Shown one piece after another: positions 13,326 to 26,827 of a stretch of DNA of 64,000 nucleotides. The notes below the pieces were generated by a model. It had not been told where the DNA came from and did no database searches. It worked only from the letters and a program-made list of their open reading frames with translations. The DNA lies in assembly GCF_006345805.1 (NCBI RefSeq), contig NC_043003.1:73346001-73410000 (forward strand), read 5' to 3'. This DNA comes from Octopus sinensis (lineage: Eukaryota). The stretch's first letter is position 1; each line of letters starts with the position of its first letter. Both the position numbers and the translations under genes were made by a program.

Positions 13326-14559
13326 TCGCACTTGCAGCACCTTCTGTAGTGTATTGACTGAAATTAACGTAAGGATATGTAAATGAAGGCGATTAATACT
13401 TCCTATACGTTTCATTTTACGTTATAAATATTGCGTATGTATGTTTGTATACACACACATACACTCACTCACACGCATATATACTTATATATATACACAA
13501 AAATATGTGTATGTGCGTATGTGTATACATACATGCATTCCAAACTATTTATCTACTTACCGATATACATCTATCGATACTTGTGCACACAGTATTTAGA
13601 AAATGAAATGAAAGGTATAGAATGTATTAATTACATTCATTTACATACTCTTACATAAATTTCAGTCAATATCCTACAAAAGTGATTCTATGGTAATGAT
13701 GAAAATCAATCTATGCAGGGGAAGGCATGTCAACATAGCTGGAGTATGAGGTGTAGGGCACTTCAGTATTTTGCTTCCCACTTATTCTTTGAATTTAAAT
13801 ACCTCTTGGAATGATTTTGCATTTGTAGTTTCAGTTAGTTAAATTTAAGTGCCGCACAGCTTATGAACTTTACAGTCTTGGACAGAATATTAATAATAAT
13901 AAAAGTATTATAGTAATTTTCGATAGAGAACTGAAACTTTTGAAGAGCTCTCTTAAAAGGAAATTTCAATATAAGACCATAGAAACATTGAAACATGAAT
14001 GTTTTGATTGAAAACAACAAAACAACTACGTTTTATCTGCAAAATTTAATTAAATTGGCTTAGAAATGCTCCATTAAGATTGAACGTTTGGTGTTTTAAC
14101 AAGAACATGAATAAGACTATGCAAGGAAAACTAGTTAAAGGTTGCTCAATGGCAGAATAGCAAACAGGATACATGTTCTAAAATGGCCAACAAGAAGTCT
14201 ATACACGCGAAGATATAGCAAATATTCAAAGAAATATTTTCAATAAAGAAATTTACCAATTTGAAAAGCATAATAGAAAATGTATGAAGAAATTTATAAG
14301 ACGCAAATATAATAAACAAAGAGTAAGAATTCATGCATTAAAGAGGCTATCGAGGTCAAATATTGAATGTTTCATTTGATTTTAAGAAACCAACAAATTT
14401 ACAAGTTATTTCAATTGATTTAAAAAATTTCTCCGCAATTAGTTTTCAATAAACTTTTCAATATGCAATTTATGTAAGTTATGCTTTTATTTACAAAGCT
14501 TATATAAGTATGTATGAATGCTCTATGCATGTATGTATGTATGTATATATGTATATATG

Positions 14560-14850
14560 TATAAATGGATGTATGTATGCACGTATGTAATCATGTTTAT
14601 ATGCACACGTACATAAATTCATATTTAAGAAGGGGAATGTTCCTTGTGTTGTATGTTTTGTACTCTTTTTTTCGTTGTTTAAGAAAAATGTCTCTTTCCT
14701 TGGTTTTGTGTTTATGTTTTCGTTTCTCATTGTGTTCCACGTTTTTTGGTGTCCTGTACCCATATATGCATGTATATACACATATAAATATAGGTACGTA
14801 CATATATGTACGTATATATGCATATGTTTTGTTTATTATTTTGTTATTAT
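14560..14850 (+). mobile_element. Penelope-like terminal fragment, second copy
   Basis: Reverse complement of 3325-3480. Confidence 0.55.
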
Positions 14851-14907
14851 ATGATAGAACGCACGCATCCACTTCAAAGTAAGTTTTATCCTAACACACA
14901 CACACAC

Positions 14908-14959
<52 letters not shown>

Positions 14960-15685
14960 TATATATACATGAGAGATAGAGAGAGAGAGAGAGAGCTCAA
15001 TAAATACTATGCGAGTAAAGAAGTCTAAAAGGGAATTACGTGATAATCTTATATATAATCAGATATAGAACAATTTAGTATATAATATTTTTTTTTCCTT
15101 AATGCATGACAAAATACTTATTATTATTATCATTATAGGTGTGAATATTTTTGTTGTACATATTTTCATAGAGAGGAAAATAATTTTTTAGTAATGAAAG
15201 GGAGACAACAATTAATATTCCTGGATATTCTCAGATAAAACAATTACTGTACACAGACGTACGTAGATTTAAATATACATACGTAAATAGACTTACACAC
15301 TGATATATATATATATGTACACATGAGTATGCATGTGCATTCTGAAGAGATTTACTTACTCCAGGAAATCGAAACGATCGTAAATGCTACCCTCATCTCT
15401 GCTACTTACTTCTTTGTTACCTATTTATTTAAAGACATGCCAGCGTAAATCATGTCTTCAATGGTTAACGCTGGCATTAAAGCGTAAACTTTAATGCTAA
15501 TGCATGCGTGTGCATTCCTACATACTCATTCTTATATACGTATACATAAAACATATATGTACACGTATACGCACTCATTAGATACTTGTACACACATAGA
15601 TGGGTGTAAATACATATATATACAGACATACTTTTAAAAAAATTATATAACTTCTAACGTGCATAACTGGACATTCATGTGTATA

Positions 15686-16414
15686 TACTTTGATACTTTG
15701 ATACTTTGATAGGTTTTGGCCATTATTGGCCCAGGCCATGTCTAACTTAATAGCACCACCTGGTGAAGTCTTTCAAGTCAGAATTTGGGCACTATGGCCC
15801 ACTCAAGTAGAGAGTTATTGTTTACAGAGACATATCCGGGTGTAGGGGGTTTATCCGGGATTTCTTGAAGGAATCTTTCCAAAGACTTCTTGAACCCTAT
15901 AGGGTCAGTTTCTGTTTTAATGTGTTTTGGTGTAATGTTAAAGAGAGCGGGGCCAATTGAGGTGAAATAATTGTGCCGTATTGTTGTTATGAGATGAGAG
16001 TGCGATTTTTGTTTTGGGCGGATGGCACGGGGCCCAAGCCTTGGATGTACCTTAAAGGTGATGCCAACATCATTTGGGCAATGCTGATGGAATATTTTCC
16101 ACATCATGCAGATGATGTAGCGCTCACGACGACGTTGGAGAGAATAGAGTTTTAGCTTTTCTAGTCGACCCCAATAGTCGAGGCCTGTCATGCCATCTAT
16201 CTTTTTTGTGATTGCCCTTTGAGGTGCTTCAACTTTTATGATACCTTGTATTGTGTGGGGAGACCACAGTGGACAACAGTATTCAAGGTGGGGTCGGGCA
16301 AAAGTGGAGAAGAGAAGGATAATGGTGTGGAGATCTCTCGACTGGAAAGTTCTGAGAATCCAGGAACACATCCTGCGGGCCATGTCAACTTTGGTGTTTA
16401 TATGAGTGGCCCAG

Positions 16415-16416
<2 letters not shown>
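15686..16416 (-). mobile_element. CR1-clade LINE 3' end, 5'-truncated
   Basis: Open frame 15778-16416 with RPHLEYCCPLWSPH and LDYWGRLEKLKLYSLQRRRERY; short 3' UTR ending in (tatcaaag)x3. Confidence 0.9.
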
Positions 16417-16451
<35 letters not shown>

Positions 16452-16547
16452 GCATATACATCTACATACTTTAGATACACATACTTACGTACATACACAC
16501 ATATCGACACACATGCATATATATTTATATACCTACACATACATGCG

Positions 16548-16593
<46 letters not shown>

Positions 16594-16768
16594 AAATATT
16601 GAGTTTCTAAATCTCTCGTAGAGAGGTGTACGGTGGTGGAGCGATATAATGGTTGTATACTGTCAATCTAACAAGAACGTGACAGTAGGGGGTACACCAC
16701 CGTTATATAGCCCTAGGAGGCATCGAACGCCTCCTGACAGCTTCGACACATTTTATCCTGTATATATA

Positions 16769-16806
<38 letters not shown>

Positions 16807-17189
16807 TATATATAATATATATATATATATATACGTATGCATGTATGTATGTATGTATGTATCTATGTATGTATGTATGTATGGATGGATGGATGGATGG
16901 ATATAGCTGTATATGGGTATAGACATGCCTGCGTACATGTATTTGAATGCGTATATATATGTACGAGTGTAGGTATCTGCAATGAACTATATGTTTGTAG
17001 GTGTATGTAAATGTATATGTATGAGTCTGTATGTGCATGAATAGGAATATATGTATATGTATATATAGCTATAATATTTATGAATATATATATATGCATT
17101 TGTGTGTTTGTATGTGTGTATATATATGTGTATATATATTAAATACATGTATATATATATGAGTATGTATATATATATACTTTATTGCA

Positions 17190-17450
17190 AAGCACCAGAA
17201 ATATAGCAAAAGCCGTTACTCATGGTTTCACATTCCCGTTCGTAGGATAGATTTTTTTTTAAATGGAACAGAAATAATGATATATTCAAAACTAGTTAAA
17301 GGAAAAACCATTAAAAATGGATTTTTTCATTGAACAAAATAAATGAACTAAGTATAAATTCATTTCATTTTAAAATCGACGAAAAAACCCTTAAATCGAA
17401 GAGTAGATTTAAAATACGTATTGTAAATAATTACATACGAAATATAATAC
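17190..17450 (-). mobile_element. Penelope-like end fragment
   Basis: Minus strand ctacgaacgggaatgtgaaaccatgagta...aataaag, a decayed hammerhead-like motif followed by a polyA-signal-like motif. Confidence 0.35.
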
Positions 17451-17971
17451 GTTAAAATTTTCACGCTGCATTACATAAATATTTTACAACAGTATATACC
17501 CATACTAGACCAACTATAATATACATAAATACATCAAAATACACAGATGCATGCACATAGTTACATACATATACAAGCATATATATGTAAGACATGAATA
17601 TATACACAAATACACATATACACATATGCACGTAACCATGCCCACAACCATGCCCGCGTACAAAAGTCATATAGAAGTCAGTTATAACAGACAAGAGAGA
17701 TAGGAAGTATATCTTAAATGTAGGGAGGGGGAAAGAAAAGGAAAGAAGAAGAATCCTAAACGTAATAGCTAGCGAAAAAAGGGGAAGGTAAATGGGGAGA
17801 AGAGGAACGCATTCTTTAAGGACGCTATCAAAGTAACGAATAGGGAGAGAAAGGATACTTTGCGCAAGGAAAGAGAAAGAAATAGGGATAGGTGACGAAA
17901 AAGAGGGAATATGTGCAACGTGTAACAAACGTAAACATAAAATAAAATTACACACACACACACACATATAT

Positions 17972-18366
17972 AGGCGCAGGAGTGGCTGTGTGGTAAGTAG
18001 CTTGCTAACCAACCACATGGTTCCGGGTTCAGTCCCACTGGGTGGCATCTTGGGCAAGTGTCTTCTGCTATAGCCCCGAGCCGACTAATGCCTTGTGAGT
18101 GGATTTGGTAGACGGAAACTGAAAGAAGCCCGTCGTATATATATATATGTGTATGTGTGTGTATTTGTGTGTCTGTGTTTGTCCCCCTAGCATTGCTTGA
18201 CAACCGATGCTGGTGTGATTACATCCCCGTCACTTAGCGGTTCGGCAAAAGAGACCGATAGAATAAGTACTGGGCTTACAAAGAATAAGTCCCGGGATCG
18301 ATTTGCTCGACTAAAGGCGGTGCTCCAGCATGGCCACAGTCAAATGACTGAAACAAGTAAAAGAGT
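17972..18366 (+). mobile_element. SINE family A, full length
   Basis: aggcgcaggagtggctgtgtggtaag...ggttcagtcccac (A/B-box-like)...gcggtgctccagcatggccacagtcaaatgactgaaacaagtaaaag. Confidence 0.9.
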
Positions 18367-18964
18367 AAAGAGTATATACGTAAGTATATATATTAGCATA
18401 TAAATACACATATAAGATCACGTATATAAATACATATCCACACAAATATAAGTGTATTCATGCATACATATACATCCATATACGTATGTGTACAAATATA
18501 AACATACACGCTTACTCACACATATGCTCAGACGCACATATACAAATACATACGCATGCCTACAATGCAGACATCCACATAAAAACATATGTAGGTCCTA
18601 CCGTATATATACAAACAACTTATTTTGAAAAAAAAATGCTAAGTATATAACAATAAATATCACATAAGAGACATGTAAAATAGAACACCATATATAGAAT
18701 TAACTATAAATATAACGATGAAATGGGTTTGTAAAATACAATAAAATGAAATAAAAATAATATCTTCAATAAGAAAATAATATATACATACATACATATA
18801 AATATATACATATACAAGGTTTTCTTAAGAAATACATCGAAATACATACAATATCTTTGCGATGCGAAATAAACCATGCTTTACAAAATACAAATCCAAC
18901 AGTGGGATTGAAAACTAGTTCAAGATTCGAAAAATATATACTTTCGATATAGAATTTTTTCAGA

Positions 18965-19400
18965 TGGCATTTTAAATTTTGTTGCGTGTCAGCAGGAATT
19001 CAAGAATTCGCGTCTTTAATTCAAAGCCCCATTGTCCTGGAATAAAATATAGAATTTTTCCAAAAGACATAAATTATATTTAATGGGTCTTTTGTGCGTG
19101 GTGCCCGTAAGGTGATACTTTATCTAAAATTCTCCATGTCACGTTGAAAGGCCAGATTTCATGTTCTTTTAATTCATAGACACATTTTGCCAGGCTGGTC
19201 TTTGTCCTATTTCCGTTGTATCGAAAGGAATTCCTATGAGAATAAAATCGGGTCTTGAAAGAATTTTCAGAAACCCTAAATGTAGAATTATGGAAAAAGG
19301 ATATGTGTATTTGCATTGGGACCCCTTCGCATCGAAGACCGGTGATTATTGTGCGCTGACGACGGGTAAATACTAAGAAACCCGGGCCCGTGCATATCAC
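18965..19400 (-). mobile_element. Penelope-like GIY-YIG endonuclease C-terminal fragment
   Basis: SENSFKTRFYSHRNSFRYNGNRTKTSLAKCVYELKEHEIWPFNVTWRILDKVSPY, then after a shift YNLCLLEKFYILFQDNGALN*RREFLNSC*H, matching the PLE C-terminus pattern. Confidence 0.8.
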
Positions 19401-19407
19401 GTCAGGT

Positions 19408-19562
19408 CGACGATGGGAAGGATGGGTTCCCTTTGCAAATACTGATAGGGCACAGAAAGTATGTCAATAGTCAGCTGGAGAAGATGTTCTCCTGGGGCTA
19501 CAAGCTACAGCAGCATCAACCCTTAGTGGTTAGCCACATTTGAGTGGCAAATATACTTCACA
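19408..19562. repeat. Dispersed repeat (copy 1 of 3)
   Basis: gggaaggatg...aaatactgatagggcacagaaag...ggggctacaagctacag...ggcaaatat is shared with 21066-21213 and 54046-54096. Confidence 0.8.
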
Positions 19563-19814
19563 TTGTCATGCAGCTACTGTCTATACCTTGTTCAGGGATT
19601 AATTATTGCTTGTGTTCTGGTGTTTGCTGAATTTTCCACATAGTGGTTTATCCCTAAATATACACATGTATTGAATTCTTTTCTGATTTTTGAGATTTTT
19701 TATATATGCTAGGCTACTGGTTTTAAATTGATATTAATTAAATTAATATTCAATTTATCTCCCTCATTATATAAATTATATATGCATACATAAATATACA
19801 TACATACATATATA

Positions 19815-20150
19815 TATATGTACAAAATGGGACAAGAACGCAAAACATCCAGACAGTTAGCTGATACAATAAAGGGAGAACAAAACATCCAGACAGATGT
19901 TTCAAAGAAAACAAGGACGGGTCATTCGGAGTTTTCCTCCTCAGTCGAGTTCCAGATTAACTTTGCAATTTCGGCTGGTTATACTCGAGATTACTCCAAT
20001 ATGGCCAGCTCCAAGGAAAAACTAAGCTAAAAGCATTAGATTTCTTGGAAGAAAGTAGCGAATGTATACGAAAGCAAGGAAGAGTGGAATGAACAGAGTA
20101 ATCGTGAAAGGGATGATTGAAAGAATAAACGAATAGAGTCGCACAAGATT
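19815..20150 (-). mobile_element. Penelope-like pseudo-LTR fragment
   Basis: Shares ggacgggtcattc and ttcggctg motifs with 42913-43020; tandem hammerhead-like remnants on the minus strand. Confidence 0.5.
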
Positions 20151-20201
20151 TAAATAGATATATACTTACATATAAGAGACCAAAGTGTACGTACGCCGGT
20201 A

Positions 20202-20485
20202 GGGTAAGGTAAGTAAATAGATAGGTAATTAATAAATTATTATTTATTAATTAAAAATTTGACAAACATCCCTTAGAACTGTTTCAATTACAATTTCAGG
20301 AAAGTAATAAAATTGAAACTTTAATTTTATTAACAATTAAAACTTTTACTTTTACTCTTCAGAAGAGATTCGACTTTCAAATGTTGTTTTTAATTTTATT
20401 CATTAAGTTTTTGAAGGTCTGCAATTGAAACAGCTGTAAGGGATGTTTGTCAATTTTTAATTAATAATTTATTAATTACTTACCC
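20202..20485. mobile_element. MITE with ~65 bp imperfect TIRs
   Basis: taattaataaattatt...tttgacaaacatcccttagaactgtttcaatt versus aattgaaacagctgtaagggatgtttgtcaatttttaattaataatttattaatta. Confidence 0.75.
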
Positions 20486-20600
20486 ATCTTCTTATAATAA
20501 ATAAATATATATAAACCATAGTCTTTATAGTTACCTTGCAGCTTAGTATTAACATGTAATGATCAACATCATTTGTATAGGTAACTAACAATTACTCTCC

Positions 20601-20636
<36 letters not shown>

Positions 20637-20896
20637 TGTATGTAAGTGTCTATATGTATGCACGTACGTAAGAGTGTATATGCAATTATTTCTTTGCAAG
20701 TGCATTCATGTGTGTGTGGGTGTTTGTGTGTGTGTGTGCGTGTGTTTATATGTATATATTGTGGGATTGTTCTCTATGTGACCGACACATTTAGTTGACA
20801 ATTATGTTATTTTATATATATATTTATTTATTATTATTATTATATTATATTATACATATATACATAAATATATACATATATATATATGTATCTATG

Positions 20897-20929
<33 letters not shown>

Positions 20930-20931
20930 TA

Positions 20932-20965
<34 letters not shown>

Positions 20966-21065
20966 CATATATATATATACATATATATATAATGTCGACA
21001 ACTATGATTGTCGCACCACGATGATAGGTCAATACCTTGAAACTCGAGTCCGTGTGTATCATAAG

Positions 21066-21213
21066 TTGAAGACGGGAAGGATGACTTCCCTTCACAAATA
21101 CTGATAGGGCACAGAAAGTGTGTCTATAGCCAGCTGGAGGAGGTATCTTCCTGGGGCTACAAACTACAGTAGCATCCACCCTTAGGGGTTAGCCATATTC
21201 AAATGGCAAATAT
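21066..21213. repeat. Dispersed repeat (copy 2 of 3)
   Basis: Aligns by eye with 19408-19562. Confidence 0.8.
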
Positions 21214-21584
21214 GCATATATATATATATAAGTATATGTTAACATATGAGTGTGTATGTGTGGGTGTATGTGTATATCTGCGCATATGTATATGTGTATT
21301 GGTATGTATACACATGAGTATCCGTGTACATCTTTTCTGTTTCAATGCGTAAGTCTGTTTACGTATGTATATGTAAATCAGTGTACGCCTGTGTGAAATA
21401 GTGTGTTTATCTGAGAATATCCGGGTATATTAATTGTCTCCCTTACATTACTAAAAGTTACAGACATTTGGTTTGTTTTCTTCTGTATGAAAATATACAC
21501 AACAATATACACATCTATAATAATAAAAACAACTATTTCGTCATACATTAAAACAACCTCCTTCTCCTCCTCATCATCATCATC

Positions 21585-21586
<2 letters not shown>

Positions 21587-21655
<69 letters not shown>
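21587..21655. repeat. (TAC)n trinucleotide microsatellite
   Basis: Seen directly. Confidence 0.95.
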
Positions 21656-21715
21656 GCCGTAGCTGTTACAGCTGCTGCCGTCACCATTGCCGTTGCTACT
21701 GCAGCCGGAATATCG

Positions 21716-21929
21716 GTTTTTCAAATTTGGCACAAGGCCAGCAATTTCAGGTGAGGGGACAAATCTATTATATCCTCTCCAGTGTTCAACCGCTACTTAT
21801 TTTATCGAAACCGAAAGGATGATAGTTAAAATCGACCCCGGCGGAATTTGAACTCAATATGTAAAGACGGACGAAATGCCGCTAAGCATTTTGCACGGCG
21901 TAGTAAGGATTTTTCCAGCTCCCCACCTT
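21716..21929 (-). mobile_element. SINE family C
   Basis: cggaatttgaactc (B-box on minus), gacggacgaaatgccgctaagcattt, ccagctcccc. Confidence 0.8.
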
Positions 21930-22652
21930 TCTGCTGCTGATAATATCATTACTGCTAGCCTCATCTGCCAGGGTGATCTAATGGCAAAATACTCAAAGAC
22001 TTGTGATTGTCTCCTGGATTTATCTTTCCATTAAAGTTTTCCAGCAATTTAAAATCAAATTTCAAATTAGCTGTTCCAAAATATATCGATAATGCTCGCT
22101 ATTTACGACCACAAGCTTTAGTTATAGAATAATATCACAGACAGAAATTTAATGGATCAGACGTCGCATCTACTAAAACTAAAATAGAGCGCACCGAATG
22201 TTTATGAAACTAAATCTCGAAATAGTCATTAAGTACATGAAATACCATTTAATTGACGTTTCATAAAGTAGAATGCATCATATATTGCAACCAATCATAT
22301 ACAAAACATCAATCATTATATATCAACGCCAATAAAACATTCAGTTCTTTGTTACTGTTTACTGTAAAGCGGTAACAATACAGGGTATCATCAAGGACTT
22401 TTTTCAGTAAATGAACCAACGGGAATCTAAAAGTCTAACGGATTTTATAGCATTGCTGCCCAACATCCCTCAAAAATTAATGAAGTAAAGAAGCTGTATA
22501 TTCCTTAGAGAAACGTAAGAGTTACAATCGACGTCTCGGAACGAGCTCAGTTCACGGGATATTACAAATGATGTATTTCTATTACACAAATAGACTCACA
22601 CAAAAACGAACACGTAGACACACACGCACACGAACACACACACACACACGCA

Positions 22653-22699
<47 letters not shown>

Positions 22700-23824
22700 A
22701 GAATGTTTCATGCGCGTACACCTGGAATGTCATGGTGTTAGTATTTTATTTCATTTGTCAATTCCTATGGAAGTTTTGCAAATTATTTATTGATTATATA
22801 ACCAGACAATCTTCAATCAATATATCGTGATTTTTGACTGAACAAATACCAGTAATATTATTGAAGAGTCGTATCCTTTCTACTTAAAGCCTCTTTACTA
22901 AGTAAATCTTAATGGCAGCAATGAAGGAAATCCGTATCACGAATTAATCCGATTGTAGAAAATCTTTAATCGGATAATAGCGATAATGCATTTTGAATTA
23001 TGGATGCTTAAATGATTTAAGACTATGTTTTATTCGCATGTCCAGTAATGAAGAGTTGGTATAAATATTGATGACGGTAAGAGGAGGAGATTGCTCACTC
23101 ACTACTTAACAGGTCGAATGACCATCTGTAGTGTTATGGGTTCATATGTTATTACTTGGCTGAACATATGTTAGATTGCGTGTTTATCTACCCCATGAAT
23201 ATCTAGCATAAATCTGGAACAAAATATCAATAATAGATAATGCACCGATATCAATGAAACCCCAATACTTTCCCCCCACAGAAGCGCACGCACGCACACA
23301 CACACACAAACACACATACACTGACACACACACACACACACAGACATAAGTACACGTAGACACTCATTTTCTTTCTTTCTCCCTCTCTCTTTTACTTTAT
23401 TGTTTGGAAAGACGAGTTGGACACTTGAAGCTGAATTGGACAATTACAACAGCTGTCAGTGATTCGTTCTCTGTGTCATTCCATTCCTTTTATAGCCACA
23501 TTCATGATGAAGATAAATGGGGATTTATGCTCAAAAATATGACTTACATTCAGACGAAAAATGCGGTAAAAAAACAAAGGCAAAATAAAATATTTAAGCA
23601 TGCATAAATAAAAGGGGACAATGTTTTTAAATTTTAGCAAAGCTTCTTGTGATATTGCAAAGAAACCCTTAGACTTCGGAAAGAACAATGAGTATTACGC
23701 ATTTTTTATTCAGAATTCACCTGTATTTCCATACAAATTTAACTTGAATATAATCCAATACACCAAACACACACACACACAGACACACGTACTCACATAC
23801 ACACATACATACATACATACACAC

Positions 23825-23895
<71 letters not shown>

Positions 23896-24820
23896 CACAC
23901 ACACATATATATATATATTTATATATATGTACATATATATTATAAGTATAAAATATTTTAATTTTATACATTAAAATTATATCAATGTACAATTGTTTAT
24001 GCAACATCAGTAGTCACACAGTTAAACTATTTTCAGGCAGGATATTTTTAAAATGCTATCTCATCCTATGATAGGGATCTAACAACAGAATAGCTTTTAA
24101 CACTAAATGAAATCTGAACATTTTATAGCAAATAATACTAAGCATAAACTATAAAAATTGTCCATTATATCCGTTGCCACAGACTACGAATAATCACAAG
24201 TCTTGCTTGGAGTAGACCTTGATTATAATAATTATAGCATGTCTCTTACATCACAAACGCTAATAAATTCATCCAGAAAATTTCTTTTAAGACCTTCTCT
24301 ATTTGTAGGGTAACATAATAAGGGACTGGAAAACTATAACCTCAACGAAGAATCTATCAAATCCGAGTTCGACAAAATTACAGATACACTTTTAGGTGTG
24401 TTTATGAAAGTTCCTGGGAAAATTGTATACAAAGCATTTGCGTCAGCCAAATGCTCTTTAGATATATACCCCTAGTTGCTTGAAAGTGCATTCATGACTG
24501 CATATATATAATACATCCAATCATTTATGACTTAAAACCCGGGGAAATGCAAAGTTTTTTCGAACTGAATTTTTTCATAAAGAGCATAGAAATTGAAACG
24601 GTTGACTTATAGTATCTCTTTGTGAAAGATAAAAAATGAGGTGCAAAAAAAAAAAAAACAGAAACATAAGGTCTACAAGAAAAGAAGAAGTTGATGAAGA
24701 GAAAGAGTGGGGAGAAAGTGTGTCTGTGTGTGTGTGAAAAAGAGAGAGCTAGAGAGATAGAGGCAGTGCGGGCGCGTGTGTATGTGTGTGTGTGTGTAAT
24801 TGTGTGTATATGTGTTTGTA

Positions 24821-24870
<50 letters not shown>

Positions 24871-25384
24871 TAATAATTGAGAAATTTCGTGAATATCAAA
24901 GTGTGGATAAAGACATTAATAAAATGAAAAGAAGTGGAGGAAGTGTATTTTGATTGAGAGAAGTAAATATTTATAGAGAAAGAGATGAAATATCCATTTA
25001 GTGTGATTGACTCAATGAGATGAATGCGGGCCAGTAAGTGCACGCAAGGAAAGTGATGGCAAAACACGAAACAAATGGAAAAGAAAATAGGGTAATGTTC
25101 AAAACAGAATCATTAACAATTATTGCAAAAACAGAAAGCTGTACGAAGATCTGTGTTTGATCATTGCTAGGCTGGTATGTCTATGTTTGTGGGATTGTGG
25201 CTGCGTGTGAAGTCAATTTGTGTTTGTACGTGTAGGCGTGTATATTTCAGGGAAACCTCACTTCCGATGTTTCCAGCAGCCCTTGGAAAGACGGTGTGTA
25301 GAAAGTGACTGTCGCATTGACCTTGACAGATAAAGTTGTCCGGGCGATACTTGCACATTCATACACGAACATATTTCCTACGCA

Positions 25385-25930
25385 AAGTTGCAGAAAGTGT
25401 ATGGAGAGGAGTGTTTGAGACGCACACAAGTGTACGAGTTGTTCGCAAGTTTCCAAGATGGCCCCCAAAATGTCGATAGTGACGAATGTCCTGGGAGATC
25501 TGCAGCCAGCAGAACTGAGAAAACATTGCGTGCAGATGTGCGTGCAGCTGTGAGGAGAAATCGCTGAATCACCATCCGTGAGTTATCAGAGGATGTGTAG
25601 ATTAGTTACGGTTCAGTTCAGTCCATTATCACTGAAGAGTTAGGTATGATAGAGGTGTCTGCGAAGTTTGTGCCAAAACAGCTTTCAGCTGACCAGATAG
25701 ACACGTGGGTTTCAGTTGCACAAAATCTCCTTGATGTATCTAGAACGATGAAAACTTTCTGAAAGCTCTGCGTGGGCCTCTGAGTAAGTACCACCAAATT
25801 TTTTGCAAAGTTTGATGCAGATTGTCTGCTCAACTTTCTCTGTCATTTTTAATGCGACGATCACAAGCTATACACTTTCATTCCAAGTACTGCTATAAAC
25901 AGCAGAGTGAAATAAGACGTTAAAACTTGG
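25385..25930. mobile_element. Rearranged mariner relic
   Basis: Plus strand 25385-25760 reads LQKVYGEECLRRTQVYE...ITIRELSEDV...SAKFVPKQL; minus strand 25770-25930 holds the 5' region and the N-terminus MTEKVEQTICIKLCKKFG. Confidence 0.8.
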
Positions 25931-25959
25931 TGTGTATAGACAAAGACACACACGAACAC

Positions 25960-26120
25960 ATGAGTGGCTTCTTTCTCTTTCCGTCTACTAAATTTACACA
26001 CACGGATTTGGTCGGTCCGAGGCTATAGTAGAATGACACTTACTCAAGTTACCACGCAATGGGACTGATCCCAGAACCATGTGGTGGGGAATGAAGCTTC
26101 TTACTACACAGTCGCCTGCA
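25960..26120 (-). mobile_element. SINE family A, 5' half
   Basis: gaggctatagtagaatgacactt...gggactgatcccagaaccatgtgg. Confidence 0.75.
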
Positions 26121-26161
26121 CTTATATACATATAATACACACACACACACACACCACGCAG

Positions 26162-26223
<62 letters not shown>

Positions 26224-26260
26224 TAGATAAGAAAGTTTGTTTGGTAAAGCACGTGGGTGA

Positions 26261-26827
26261 ATATATAAGAAAATAGTAAAGTGTGAAAAAACGACAGAAG
26301 GCTTAAATGTTAAAAAATATATATATTTGTGTCAAAATGTCTGGAGAATATTGGAAAAATTTTTTTTCCCTTTCCTTAAAATGACATAATTTTAAAATTT
26401 TTAACGAAATTACCGGTTTCGCGTGTAGCTTTTCAAATTTCTTGTGACGTTATGTTTATATTGCATGGAATTATCGTTGTTTTTATTTCCAGGAGATTTC
26501 TAAATAAGGGGAGGTAGTGAGTGAGTTTTTCCGGTGTAGGGGAGAATCGCTTAAAAATTTTTTTTAAATCACTCACTACCTCCCCTTATTTAGAAATCTC
26601 CTGAAATAAAAACAACGATAATTCCATGCAATATAAACATAACGTCACAAGAAATTTGAAAAGCTACACGCGAAACCGGTAATTTCTTTAAAAATTTTAA
26701 AATTATGTCATTTTAAGGAAGGGAAAAAAATTTTTCCAATATTTTCCAGACATTTTGACACAAATATATATTTTTTAACATTTAAGCCTTCTGTCGTTTT
26801 TTCACACTTTACTATTTTCTTATATAT
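26261..26827. mobile_element. Foldback / long-TIR MITE
   Basis: Arms 26261-26524 and 26569-26827 are near-perfect reverse complements; 44-bp spacer; TA-rich ends. Confidence 0.85.

Noticed and set aside
14170-14380. 63-codon frame YTREDIANIQRNIF (MULE-like?)
   Set aside because: No further transposase motifs
24237-24470. About 78 codons with a single stop (GLENYNLNEESIKSEFDKITDTLLG)
   Set aside because: Unrecognised; the best acceptor puts a stop in frame
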